A DNA stretch of 64,000 nt. Source: Amoebidium appalachense. Lineage: Eukaryota; Protista; Ichthyosporea. The notes under the pieces are model-generated. The model did no database searches, was not told the DNA's origin, and was given only the letters and a program-made list of their open reading frames with translations. Location: positions 7,076,710 to 7,140,709 of the forward strand of contig CAVNZM010000005.1 of the NCBI GenBank assembly GCA_963693365.1, in the 5' to 3' direction. Numbering within the stretch: position 1 is the first letter of the stretch; each line of letters begins with the position of its first letter. This document shows, one piece after another, positions 41,098-59,680 of the stretch. The position numbers and the translations under genes were made by a program.

Positions 41098-41702
41098 TGT
41101 CGTAGGCACAAACAGAGTGTATACAAACTACTCTAACTATCTGCACGCTTAAAGGGGCTCGAAACCGTGTATACGTATAAACTTTTCTTTGAGTTGGGTG
41201 GGAAGCGAGGTTTTTGTGTTCTGAGAAGAACTTCCAAAAGCCCGCGACCCCGCGAGACACTTCACAGACACGCGGCCCACTGGCCAGACAAATACCACAG
41301 TGACATTCAGCCAATCACAACACTCCCTCCCCCACAGACTACACGCACTCCACACCATTGGCTACCGCGACCTCAGACACCCCTACAGCACTACAACACG
41401 TACACACGTTTACTCACAATACATATAAGCATACACACACGCGAGCAGGCAACATGGGTCTCGCCACGCACACAGCAAGAAGCAATACAACATTTAACAT
41501 GGAGAGTACGCAGAGGCATGGGGCATGCACGCGCGCACCAAACAATCAGCCGCCGCTGCATCAGATTCTCCCCATACCACTGATTAATCTCCTCATACCC
41601 CATTTAGACCCCGGCATCACTATGCAAGAAAACCCCCGAAATTAACTCACCAAAACACAAAATATAGAAGTAAACTAATACGAATCAGCTCAGCACATGA
41701 CA
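41098..41702. mobile_element. solo LTR, 605 bp, 5-bp TSD ATTGG (same family and orientation as 38695-39299)
   Basis: TG...CA ends, with ATTGG at 41093-41097 and 41703-41707. About 8 substitutions versus the first copy, counted by eye. Confidence 0.9.
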
Positions 41703-42073
41703 ATTGGTACATTCGACTAAATGACTTGGTATGGTTCTGGGATGGTTATATAGTTGGAATATCATACGGTACCTCAGATAATAATTTAGTTCTGGGATGG
41801 TTATATAATTGGAATATGTACCTGTGTTAAAAATTACAATGCTACGAGGAGTACTGGAAGTCAAAGGATAACAACACTAGCAAAATTTGAGAAATCAATG
41901 TATACAGTACAAGCTAAATATAGTCAGTGACCAGCAAATACAGAAAGCTTGGCAATTATGTTTCTGATCCCTCAGGCTGGCCCCAGTAGTGGCTGGATAG
42001 AAAAATTCAGAAATTTAAGAGCATGGTTTGGAAAAAAATAAAATAAAATTAAAATAAAATCTGATGATGTGGT

Positions 42074-43236
42074 TGTTGGAAGTAGAGTCCGCTGTGACTA
42101 GGGTCGTCGTGGCGCGCTTGGGCGCTGACCCGTTTTTTACTGCTTTCAGTGTGTTAACTCCATGACTGAACTCCATGACTGAACTCCATGACTGAACTCC
42201 ATGACTGAACTCCATGACTGAACTCCATGTCTGCACCTGGCAGAGACGTGGCTTATATACCCGTGGGGCAGCAGTCTGGAATGTAATCCGGATGCCAGGC
42301 GCTAATCGGATTGGTTACTTTCATTTAGATATCTCTGGGACCAGTGAACCAATCGTTTGCAGTCAAAACACAATTGGCAACATTCCTCAACTATGCAGAT
42401 GTGCATGTGGTGATCGAGTGTCAGCATGTGTCTATGTACACGGAACCAATTGTAAAGCTAACATACACATATAGTGGAGTGAGCGTAAGTCTGCACTCCA
42501 ACACCCCTACCCAATTGGAGAAGTGTACACACCACTAGAGAAGAGAGAGTGAGTGTGGCTGCTTGCAGGGTAGACCGGGGTGTGCATTCCACTGTGGTGC
42601 GTGCCCCGCCAATGAAGTGGAATACTTGACGTTGATGTCGCAGGCTGCTGCGGATGGAGTTTGTGGAAGCGAAAGTCTCTACTTCACGGAAATACGCTCG
42701 CGGGTGTAGGGTACAGCCTAGAAGTCGGTTTCTGGGCTCCTCCGTTCAAGGCGTCGTAGGGGACGTGAAGTTAGAGGCCGCGGTGTCGTGTCTGGGCCCA
42801 TAACCCTGTTGGAAGTAGAGTCCGCTGTGACTAGGGTCGTCGTGGCGCGCTTGGGCGCTGACCCGTTTTTTACTGCTTTCAGTGTGTTAACTCCATGACT
42901 GAACTCCATGACTGAACTCCATGACTGAACTCCATGACTGAACTCCATGACTGAACTCCATGTCTGCACCTGGCAGAGACGTGGCTTATATACCCGTGGG
43001 GCAGCAGTCTGGAATGTAATCCGGATGCCAGGCGCTAATCGGATTGGTTACTTTCATTTAGATATCTCTGGGACCAGTGAACCAATCGTTTGCAGTCAAA
43101 ACACAATTGGCAACATTCCTCAACTATGCAGATGTGCATGTGGTGATCGAGTGTCAGCATGTGTCTATGTACACGGAACCAATTGTAAAGCTAACATACA
43201 CATATAGTGGAGTGAGCGTAAGTCTGCACTCCAACA
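42074..43236 (-). mobile_element. complete non-autonomous copia-type LTR element (TRIM-like): 430-bp LTRs at 42074-42503 and 42807-43236, 303-bp non-coding interior, TSD GTGGT
   Basis: The LTRs have TGTTGGA...TCCAACA ends, and GTGGT flanks the whole element. On the minus strand the 5' LTR is followed by GGTTATGGGCCCAG, the copia-type PBS for a tRNA(iMet) fragment. The 3' LTR is preceded by a purine-rich gggtagggg. Each LTR has six 13-bp aactccatgactg units, the last a variant. Confidence 0.93.
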
Positions 43237-43531
43237 GTGGTATGGTACCGCATGTTAATGCCATAAACACCCTTGAACTTTCAAACATTCGGTGCCAGTT
43301 GGGTTTAAAATTTGCTGCTTCGGTGTTTGGTCAGTTGCATGCCATGACGGTACAACTTCATCTTAAGTTATTGTGAGTACGTATGCGTGGGTGGGTGAGT
43401 TACGTAGTAGTAGTGGACGTGCGATCATGCACATTTTGTTACACAGACACAAAGTATGATGCTATACAGCCTGAGTCACTGTGTATACTTGCAATCACAC
43501 TGTCAGGTATGCTGCGGGCACACGTGCTTGA

Positions 43532-43668
<137 letters not shown>

Positions 43669-44031
43669 ACGCTACGCATGTGCGCACGCGCACGCAGTTC
43701 CACAGACAACACGTGCACTCTGTTGGGCTTGCATGGACACCTGCACTGCAGGTGCACATATAAGACACATGCACACCAAGACCACCAACACCCACACACA
43801 CGCCGTTAAACACCAGGTCCTGTTTGTGTACGGGTTACTCTTGTGTCCGTGTGGCGCATGCAGGTTTGGGGCTGAGAGGTGTGGAGGGGGAGGAGGGGGG
43901 GGGGGGGGGGGGGGGGAGAAGGCGGGACCTTGTGTTGGTGAGCATTTGTCGACCGGAGCTTTGTGCATGCACGTGTGCATGCCACCCAGCAGAGTGTTCT
44001 TACAAGTGTGTGCGTGCATAAATGTGTGTGT

Positions 44032-44068
<37 letters not shown>

Positions 44069-44662
44069 GGCTGGGCTGCATGCCTGCTTTTAGGCCGAGG
44101 AGTGGGTGGGTGGGTGGATTGACTTGGTTTGAGTCATTCTGCAAGTTATCGGCCTGGGTCACACAAACTTTACCTCTTTATTGATATCACGAGAATCTTT
44201 GCGTTCTGCAAGTCGATCTTTTAAAGGCCCCTTAATAGATGTTTGGCCCAACAGAACGGAAGTTGGCCGTATCTTTACTGATTACTTTACTTTCGTAAAA
44301 TTTTATCACAATCCGAACAATAATATGCAGGTGGTCAACACTAGCATGCAGATGGAGCATGGCTGGCTTATCAATTAAAGCAACAGTGATTAAAGGGCTC
44401 TGTACAATGCACACATTCAACAGGGAATTTACTGGAACGAATTACCGTATGTACAGAATCCATCTTTAGGTAGTCATTGCAAACTGACCAAAAAAGGCAG
44501 TAAGTCCGTAATCATATCGGTTGATTCTTAAAACACTCCTGACGAATAAACCTACATTTCTATTGTTTATGCACACTGAGGGTAATCAGTGTACCAGCCT
44601 GGTATACACAGGTGATCACTGCGTTTAGAGGTAGCAGTGTGTGTGTGTGTGTGTATGTATGT

Positions 44663-44723
<61 letters not shown>

Positions 44724-44778
44724 GTCTATATCCGTGTGTGTGCACGAGCATACTCGTGCGTGTGTATATCACATTCAC

Positions 44779-46480
44779 CTATGCGCCGTTCACATTCAGG
44801 TATGCCAAATACTGGCGCCAGTATGACGGTGGCCCGGCCCAGGGGTCACTGACAAGGGTGCGGTCCGTGGGATAAAAATAGCGCAGCCCGTAGCTCTGCG
44901 CCACGGCAGCCTCGCTGGTGGCAAATGCAGCACTGGCCCTGAGTATGCCCAAAAATGGTAAGTTCCTTATATGGTAGCACGCTATAGAGCACACACTTAG
45001 GGTGTTCATACAAGCAGATCACAAACAAAGGGTTCAAGTGGCTGTTCGATGCCGTGATTGTTGCATTGTTCTTTTGGCGCAAAAAAAACTAACGGGAGCC
45101 CACATCCATAGCATATGTACTTGTTTTGATGATAGTTGGGTTTATTAACTCACTGTCTATATTCCGCTGGTTTGCGTTGCGGCAAAACATTGGGTGGAAA
45201 TGGTGGATGTGTATGCGGCTGGACATGAAACTGGGAGGGTGGGCAAGTGCGAGGGTGGGCGGGACGGTGTGGGAGGGAAGAGGGGGGGGGGGGGGGGGGG
45301 AGGGGGTGGAGGGTAGGGGAAGGCTAAGGGGTGTGTAGTGTGTGTGTGTGTGTGCGTGTATTGGGGGGGGGGGGGGGGGGGGGGGGGCAGGGGTGCATAC
45401 TCATAAGCAAGGGCGCCTGCGGGGACTCTCTTGGTCTCGACTGCCGCCTTGTAGCCGTCAATGTCATCCCACACGGGTACAAACTGGGCAAGGGCAAATT
45501 ACAGGTCAGGAATCCAGGATAGGTTGATACTGATTCTATTGGATAAGAGCACACACATGCAAGACACAAGTACACAAAAGCACCGTCGCACATTGAAACA
45601 CACAAATACACGTGCACTAAGATCGGTATAGATTTATGAACGCGCACTTAGATGTCCACGACCATGCGCACGCGGGTATACAGGCACCACATTTAGTATC
45701 TAGCACCGGCACACTATGATAGGCTTGTACCCCACACCCACCCACCCATGCACCTACACCCACACATCTACACCCATGCCATATATCAATGTCCACCCAC
45801 TCACCCACATCACTGACACAAGTACACTCACGCACTGTCTACACCCCCCCCCCCCACACACACACACATACCGGGCACCAGGGCCCTGGCTGGTAGCTGC
45901 CCTTTTCCAAAGTCCACAGGGGAGGCATGGTGGCACAGTTGCTGTCTGTTGGGTTTGATGTGTTAATGTTTGAGAGGAGAGGGGTGGGAGGGAGGGGGGG
46001 TGGGGGGGGGGGGGGGGAGGGGGGGGGGGGAAGGGCGCGGAGAGGAGGAGAATCGGGGGAGCATGTGGAAGCAAAAGGGAAAGGAAAAGGGGGGTGAGGG
46101 TTGACTCGTTGAGGTGGGAGGCTCGTGACATCAATTTATTGGTAGGTGGGGATGAGGATGGGTGGAAGCCTAGGGTGTGTGCAAGCTGCAATATACCGAA
46201 GTATTTAATCTGAAAGCAGAAAGTTCCCGTTTTGAGCTACCTAGCCTGTTCCGTATCAGTGTGCTAAAGGACAAGGGCAGCCGGAGGAGGAGGGGGGTGA
46301 GGGAGGGGGTGGGGAGGTAGAAAAGGGGGAGAGGGGGAGGGGGGAGGGAAGGGGGAATGGAGGGGGGGAGGGGAGGGGGGAGGGGGGGAGGGTTCGGCTT
46401 GAATGAACCATACTTTGTGACCGAACTTAAGGGGAGTTTGGGAACGGTCTGGGAGGAGGATCACAGGGTATAGAAGGTGT

Positions 46481-46537
<57 letters not shown>

Positions 46538-46832
46538 TGAGGAAGTGGGGAGGAGGGGTGGGATGGGGGAGGGGGGGGGATTTAGGGGGGGGGGGGGGGG
46601 GGGGGGGGGGAGGGGGGTTCGGTTTCATACTTGGTGGACGCCAATATTGAGCGCTGTTCTCGAAGGGCAAAGAAAGATCGGGGGCAACGGGCATCTGGGG
46701 GGATGGCACCACGATGTCTAGGGAGACGACGGTGCCGGCGTTGAGGACAACCATTCCATTTTTGGATTTGATGTAGTTAATGATCTGGGGGAGGGGGAGG
46801 GGGAGGGGGGGGGGTCGGTATTAGCGAGTTTT

Positions 46833-46885
<53 letters not shown>

Positions 46886-46942
46886 GGGATGTGAAGAATT
46901 GGAATGCAGACAACTAAAAACTAAGCCCGTGTGCCGAGTTTT

Positions 46943-46997
<55 letters not shown>

Positions 46998-48163
46998 TGT
47001 GAAGAATTGGAATGCAGACAACTAAAAACTAAGCCCGTGTGCCGAGCGAAAAAGTTGGGGAGGGAAAGAGAAATTAATCAACGGGTACGATGAAGTCGAA
47101 AAAAGAAATAGGAAGGGCAGAAGTTCAGAAAAAGAAAAAGAGGTCGAGTAGGGGGAGGGAGGGAGGGGGGGGGGGGTGGAGGAGGAGGGGGGAGAGGGGG
47201 GAGGGGGGGGGGGGGGGGGGGGGGGGATATTCAGTTGTGGGTGGATATTGGGGTTGGGGGGAAGGAGGAAAGGGGGAGGGAAGGGGGAGGTGAAATTAAG
47301 GGGGTTAGGGTTACTATTATGCAGTGCGGTGTTTAAAAGGACAGGTTACCTCCTGATAGAATGCGCTGTGCCCGTTCGTGACATTCCACCTGTTGACTGC
47401 AGTGTCGTAGTTTGACGACACCTCGTCGACGAATATTCCCCTGAACCCGCTGATGCCTCCATATCTTGTCACCCAAATGTCGATGTCGGCCTTGATAGCG
47501 TTCATATCCCTGTACGTGTTGTATGTGGGGGGGGGGGGGGGGGAGGAGGGGGGGAGGTGGAGGTGGGTGTATTGTCTTTGTGTGTGTGTGTTTGTGTTTT
47601 TCGGGGGGGAGGGAAGGGGGGGAGGGGGGGGGGGGGGGAAGAGAGAGAAAGGGATTGTTTCAAAGAAGTTAGAATGTGGGAAATTGAAAGGAGTGGATGG
47701 TGGGGTGGTGTCTGCCAAATGGCCTAGAAATGACTTCATGCATTGTGTCTGATCATGGGGCCAATATTAGAGGCAGTACTTATTCCTGTTGTTGCTCATG
47801 TGGAGAAATATAAGATAGTGGATTTTCATGTGTGATTCATTATACACCACAGTGGGGGTGGCAGGAACGTGAGCATGTGTGTGTGTGTGCGCGCGTGCGC
47901 ATGTGTGCATGTGCGTGTGCGTGTGCTCTCTGTGTGTGTAGGGGGAGGGGGGGGTGGGTGGGTAGAGAGGGGGGGGGGGGGAGGGACGGGGGGGGGGGGG
48001 GGGGGGGGGGGGGCGGGAGGGGGAGAGGTGTACCTCATGCCTGTAGTGTACCATACGCCTGTAGCTGGATCCATGTATGAGATCTTTGTGTGCACATAGC
48101 CGATAGTCACCGTGCCACGCTCACCAAGGTGCCGCATGCATGCCTGGAAGGGGAAAGGGTAGG

Positions 48164-48207
<44 letters not shown>

Positions 48208-49774
48208 GGAGGAGGGGGAGGAGGAGCAAGTCAGACACCGCAGACTTAAATAAAAAAAAATCAAAAACCATGAAGGCATAGTGGGTTGGAAGCATCCAGT
48301 ACTAGTCTTAGCATGCACTGAAACAGGCACGTGCAAGGCACGTGTACTTGGGCTCTAAGTCAGGCAAAGCGTCATATACATGCAAGCACGTACACCGTTG
48401 CAAACATACCCCCACCTGCGCTGCACACACATTATCATAGTTTCGCACACCCACACGCCCACACACGAACACACACACACACACACATGTGTGTACACAC
48501 ACACACGCACACACACACACACACACACACGTACACACCTGCATTCCCTTCTCCTGCGCGCTTCCAACCTGGGGCGGTCCACCCCCAGCATTGACGATAG
48601 CCGTCACCGCCTTACATCCCAACCCAACCTCCGTAAAATACGCGTCTGTACATTGACCACTCACAGCATCATATTGCGGGTTCCAGTTATAGAGAGGAAA
48701 CATGATAGGGGGTAGGCGTGTGGGGGGGTTATTCGCCGTGTAGACACAGCTTGGGGCGGCGGGTGTGGTTGTTGTGGCTCCAAGTAGTTTGGTTGTTGTT
48801 GTGGTGGTGGTGGTGGTGGTGGTGGGAAGTGTTGTTGTTTTGGTGGTGGTGGTGGGAAGTGTCGTTGTTTTGGTGGTGGTGGTGGGAAGTGTTGTTGTTT
48901 TGGTGGTGGTGGTGGTGGGAAGTGTTGTTGTTTTGGTGGTGGTGGTGGGAAGTGTTGTTGTTTTGGTGGTGGTGGTGGGAAGTGTTGTTGTTTTGGTGGT
49001 GGTGGTGGGAAGTGTTGTTGTTTTGGTGGTGGTGGTGGTGGGAAGTGTTGTTGTTTTGGTGGTGGTGGTGGTGGGAAGTGTTGTTGTTTTGGTGGTGGTG
49101 GTGGTGGGAAGGGCCCCAATAGAAATAGAGGTGGTGGTGGTTGTTGTTGTTGGTTGAATAGTGGTGGTGACAAGTGTTGTAGCGGTGGTTTTGGGCGGCT
49201 TGTTCCCGTTTCCATTGCCATTTGTGTTTTGGCGCCGGTTGCGGTTTGGATTTTCTTTCAGCATCCCCTTTGCCCTGAGACTGACGGTTTGGTAACTGCG
49301 GAGGGAAAGGGATGGGTGTCAGAAGAATTTAAGGGGAAGCAGGGGGGAGGGTGGAAGGGGGGGGGGGGGGGGGGGGTTGAGCAAAGAAGAAAAGTGGTGG
49401 TGGTGGTGGTGGTGGTGACATGTGTGTGTGTCTTCGGGGGGGGAGGGGGAGGGGGGTGGAGTTGGCACGACTCAGGAGTTGCGTTGTGGCGTAGTGCATT
49501 GATGGTGGGTATGCACTTGTTCCTTACCCTTTTTATTTTATTTTTTATTTTTTATTTTATTTTTATTTTATTTTTTTGTTGGCCCCTCCCTTATATACTC
49601 GGGCCATACGGCAGTGTCCCGACCCCATTTTTCATATCAGCTACTCTGCCTTTGGTTCTTTGTGACTTTCCCATGCCAAATGTGATAATGAGTGATCTTC
49701 GATGAGAGTTTTGTTTTGGTTTCTTTTAGGTTTCCTTTCTTCTTTTTCTGGGTTGGGCTTCCTAAGACCTGGGG

Positions 49775-49808
<34 letters not shown>

Positions 49809-50262
49809 TTACTTACATGCATCCGCCAAAACCGATATCTACAAAGTTGCAGCCCTTGTGAAGTTTACATTTTTTGGCACAATCTTCAATAGTCACAGTG
49901 GGGAGGGGGGGGCGGTTGCTATTGTCTGAGCGAAGGAAATCAATTGGTTAGGTGCAGGCTCGATAGGTATCAAGAGTCACACTGTGTTCATGTGTGCATG
50001 GATGTTGTGCGTGCGTGTGTGTGTGTCCGTGTGTGTGTGTGTTGCTCTGGGGAAATTTCACACGCATGCTACTGTGACTATATGGGGAAAAGGTGAAAAG
50101 GTTGGAGTGGTTTAGGGCACAGTTTATTGCGTGTAGGTACAGGGCAAAGGAAGCCTGGGAGTAGTGACGAGATGTGTGGCAGAATATAGGGTAGGCGGTG
50201 GTGAGGGGCCTGTGTGCACGTAAGTGCCACGGTGAGAGAGAGAGAGAGTGAGAGAGAGAGAG

Positions 50263-50294
<32 letters not shown>

Positions 50295-50329
50295 CGTGTA
50301 TGTGAAGAAAAAAAAAGGTGTGTGTGTGT

Positions 50330-50366
<37 letters not shown>

Positions 50367-50464
50367 CGGGGGGGGGGGGTCTTACTGTTGTCGGCCCATG
50401 GTGGAGGTGCTGCAAAAGTTGGTGTAGCAAGAATTGCCAAAGTGGCCAAAACTGCAGGTAGCAT
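44779..50464 (-). CDS. secreted spherulin-4 / glycoside hydrolase family 135-like protein with an N-terminal Cys (PAN/apple-like) motif and a Thr-rich stalk; 9 exons (50464-50386, 49925-49817, 49295-48539, 48143-48034, 47509-47350, 46784-46631, 45945-45872, 45483-45401, 44938-44779), 561 aa
   Basis: The exons join in frame (1686 nt) through GT-AG introns. Signal peptide [18 protein letters not shown]. Spherulin-4 motifs: [49 protein letters not shown]. Confidence 0.88.
48790..49110 (-). repeat. coding tandem repeat LPTTTT(T)KTTT x~8 (mucin-like linker)
   Basis: 30/33-bp units inside exon 3 of the GH135-like gene. Confidence 0.9.
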
Positions 50465-50466
50465 GG

Positions 50467-50538
<72 letters not shown>

Positions 50539-52236
50539 GTGCCACGCTTGTGTCTATGTGTGTGTGTGTGTGTGTTATGGGCGCCGTATGTATGTGAATA
50601 TTTGTGAAAACATGATGCGCTCGTGCCCGGATGTGGCACCGCTCGAATGTGTACATGTGTATGTATTTGCGTCTTTTTGCGCATACGTGCGTGTGTAAGT
50701 AGTATGTTGTAAGATTGTGGGTATTGTGATCACGGAAGGTTAGCAACCATGTGGGTTAACAAACATACAACAACATTATATTTGTGGCCCAGGGTGCATG
50801 ATTCTGAGCACTGAGAGGGTACACTTGCGGGTGGCAAAACTGTCTTTAGTTTTAGATAGTTTGAGATCCATGACCGGTCAGGAGAGAAAATGGAAGCAGC
50901 GCAAGTGTATTATGTAGAGACGATACATTAGGTGTGCCTTGAAGCTCTATTCTAGCTACCTCCCATACTGTGTATGCGAACAGGGGATCCCTTGTACAAG
51001 TCGCTGTGTACTGCAGCACATGTACACACATACAAATAATTAGTAGGGAGTGTTTCTCAGTGGTCATTTCAGGGTGCCTGTATAATTAACGTTCTGCCTA
51101 TGGCCAGATGTGAGCTGCGCGCGTGCCTACCTGCAGTAATAAAGGTGAACCAAGAAGTGCTGGGAGTGCGTCTTCGGTGAGTCTTCGTAAAACTGTGAAC
51201 AAGGATAGGATGGTATGACACGAATTCGAAGTTTGTGATCGCACTCCTTTTTATACCCCGTTGTAAGACACCCTCTCCTGGGGAACCGACCCGGTAGGAA
51301 AAAAGACTCCCCTCATAAAAATAGTTTTCTTTCCCCAAAAAAATACAGGCTGTGTATTATGATATTTGGACCTACAACGGTTTGAAAACCGTAAGCCTTT
51401 AGAAAGTTTGAAAAGTGAGTTATTATATTTATTTAGTAGGAATTTACCAAAAAAAAATTTAAAACACAATATTATTTAAACATGATAATGCTTTGTTAGT
51501 GTACTGTTTGTTTTTGATGATATTTACATATGTATTTTACATGAACCCCGCTAGTCAAAAGATCTCCTGTTGGCACGTACTGTGACGCACACCACATTCC
51601 ACAGAAACAATAAACGTTTTGATTGGTCCAGCTGTAGATCAAGGGTTCCTCCCAGTTTACGCAATAAGATTCACCAATCAGCGCACAGTGTGAATTTGCA
51701 TGCTGCATTCTTTCCGACAGAAAACGTCACCCAGCACCTGGGCAGTGAGAAAGACCGGCACCCACCCACTCAGGAATAAAGTGTAGTCATATTACTGTCT
51801 ATTAATCCCTATTCCCTCAAACACAACCAAAGGAGGTTTGTTTGATGTGAAAAAATGTGTACTTGGCACACTCAAGGTAAACCGTGGTTGCTGCGTTTAC
51901 TAATACTAGCTGTAAGTGTAACTCCAACAATGTGCCAGGCTGCCAAGAATAGATCTAGATAAAAAACGCCAATCAGAAATTCACATAAACATTCCAAAGT
52001 TCCACCGTTTCCCCTCTCTGCATGCCTCATGATCAGACATCAGAGAGAGTCTCGCTTCCCAAGGCTTCCCAGCCCCCCGCCCCGCCCAATGCGGCCGCGG
52101 CTCTTCCTCATTCCCCAAGCAATGTCACGGACGAAGGATAATTGAAATCAATTGATCAAGGAATAACTTGGAGCATCCAACCTGCGGTGGGGCTTCTGGA
52201 CTTTCACACTTGGAGCTTCGTTGGTTGCCTCTTGAA

Positions 52237-52271
<35 letters not shown>

Positions 52272-52708
52272 TTCCCCCGAGGCCTCCTCCTGGTCTCGAG
52301 CCCTCCTCTCTCCCCCACCCTCAAAGTGGCCCCAACCCGGGAAGCCCACCCCGCTGTGACCCACCTCAAGCTGCGGCACGCACGCACGTACGCACACACA
52401 CACACACACGCACGCACACACACACACAGTGTCACACACGCACACACGCACACACACACACAAACACACACACACACACATACACACACACACACACACA
52501 CACGCACGCACCCACGCACGCACAGGCATTCAACCACTCAGACGCACAGGCATGCACAAACACACACACGCACGTGCACACAAACACACACATGCACACA
52601 CACAGTCACACACGGGCGCACGCACGTATACGCACACGCACACGCACACACAGGTGTACACAAACACATGTACACACACACGCACACACACACAGTCACA
52701 CACACACA

Positions 52709-52740
<32 letters not shown>

Positions 52741-52753
52741 CACACACACGCGT

Positions 52754-52790
<37 letters not shown>

Positions 52791-53096
52791 TACACATACA
52801 CACTGGGACATGCGCATCCTCGTATGTACACACACACACATTCTCTCGATCGGAGGGGAAGAGAGAGTGCACTTGGCCCCTACTCCCCCGCCACGGCTCC
52901 CCTAATATTATTAGCTCCGAATACAAAGCCTGCATACGTATCTTCTGCCGTATCAATCACTTTCTCTGGAGAGCTTGGGGGGGAGGGAGGGGGGTGCGCA
53001 CCTCGGCGGCAATTCGGCAGTTCAAGTGGCCAGTGCCTCCTTAGGATTGGGGGAGGGATGTGGTACCGGTATCCACCTGTTGGGGTGGATGGTGCC

Positions 53097-53127
<31 letters not shown>

Positions 53128-53601
53128 CCAACTTTTGATCAGTGGTTGTGGTTCTCCCCCCCCCCCCCCCCCCCCCTTCCAGACCTTCCCCCTCCCCCCC
53201 CCCCCCCCCCCCCACCACCACCACCACCACCACCATCCCCCCCCCCTTCAATTTTCTGTTTCTGATTGCCGCAGCCCCCCCTCCCCCCCCCCCCCCCCCC
53301 CCCTTTCCTCAATCATAGGGTCAATTTTCAACATCTGATTGGGAAGTACGCAATTTTATTATAATACAGCTACTGCTTCGTCCACATTCATCAGATACAT
53401 CGATCTGCCTTATCACACATTGTCAACCAGCGTCATTCATAGATCGTAATAAAAACTGTCTTCGTTAGAAAATATTCATTCTCAAATAAAAACTTTTGAA
53501 ACTCACCTGAACTTCTAAATAGTTAACGAGTCATTACATTATTTTTTCAATCAACTATGTAGTCTATTCCGGAAAGAATCTAATTTAACTTTTTTTTAAA
53601 G

Positions 53602-59242
<5,641 letters not shown>

Positions 59243-59680
59243 TTATCTTTCAACCGGTGCCCAAGGTGTTTGGCATAGGGCCATAGTGGGTGAAAGGGAG
59301 AAAGAAGGAAGGAGAAAGCAAAAAGGCCGCATAGGGTGTACATGTGCTAGGAAAAAAGGGCTATGTCGTGCCTGCAGTAAAGCACCGAGAAGGCTCAGTT
59401 GCAAAAGAACATGAAGAAGGCATCAGATTCAGGCTCCAGAAAACGCGGCCGCTTTATATTTTTGTTTTTGGTGGCTTGCCTTTGTTTATGTATATTACAT
59501 CATCTCGCGTAACTACCATATATGGGAAGTTTGCGCAACCATCTCAAACCTGATTGGTTGCCACCCGCGATCACAGCTTTTACAACCCTGACGCAGTGCT
59601 TGGAAAAGACTCGATCGCGACAGAAACAAACGAAGAATGTCATGCTCATGTTGCAAAAGAAAACGGGAAGCAGCATATAT

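Noticed and set aside
38695-41702. A single LTR retroelement that captured the PHI-1-like gene
   Set aside because: Each LTR has its own TSD, the outer flanks differ (CAGTA versus ATTGG), no PBS or PPT is evident, and the gene keeps its intron.
42156-42233. CRISPR-like array
   Set aside because: Contiguous 13-bp tandem units without spacers, inside an LTR, in a eukaryotic context.
52880-52975. Coding-looking minus-strand segment [23 protein letters not shown]
   Set aside because: It could not be joined to any gene model; the upstream gene already ends at 53602.
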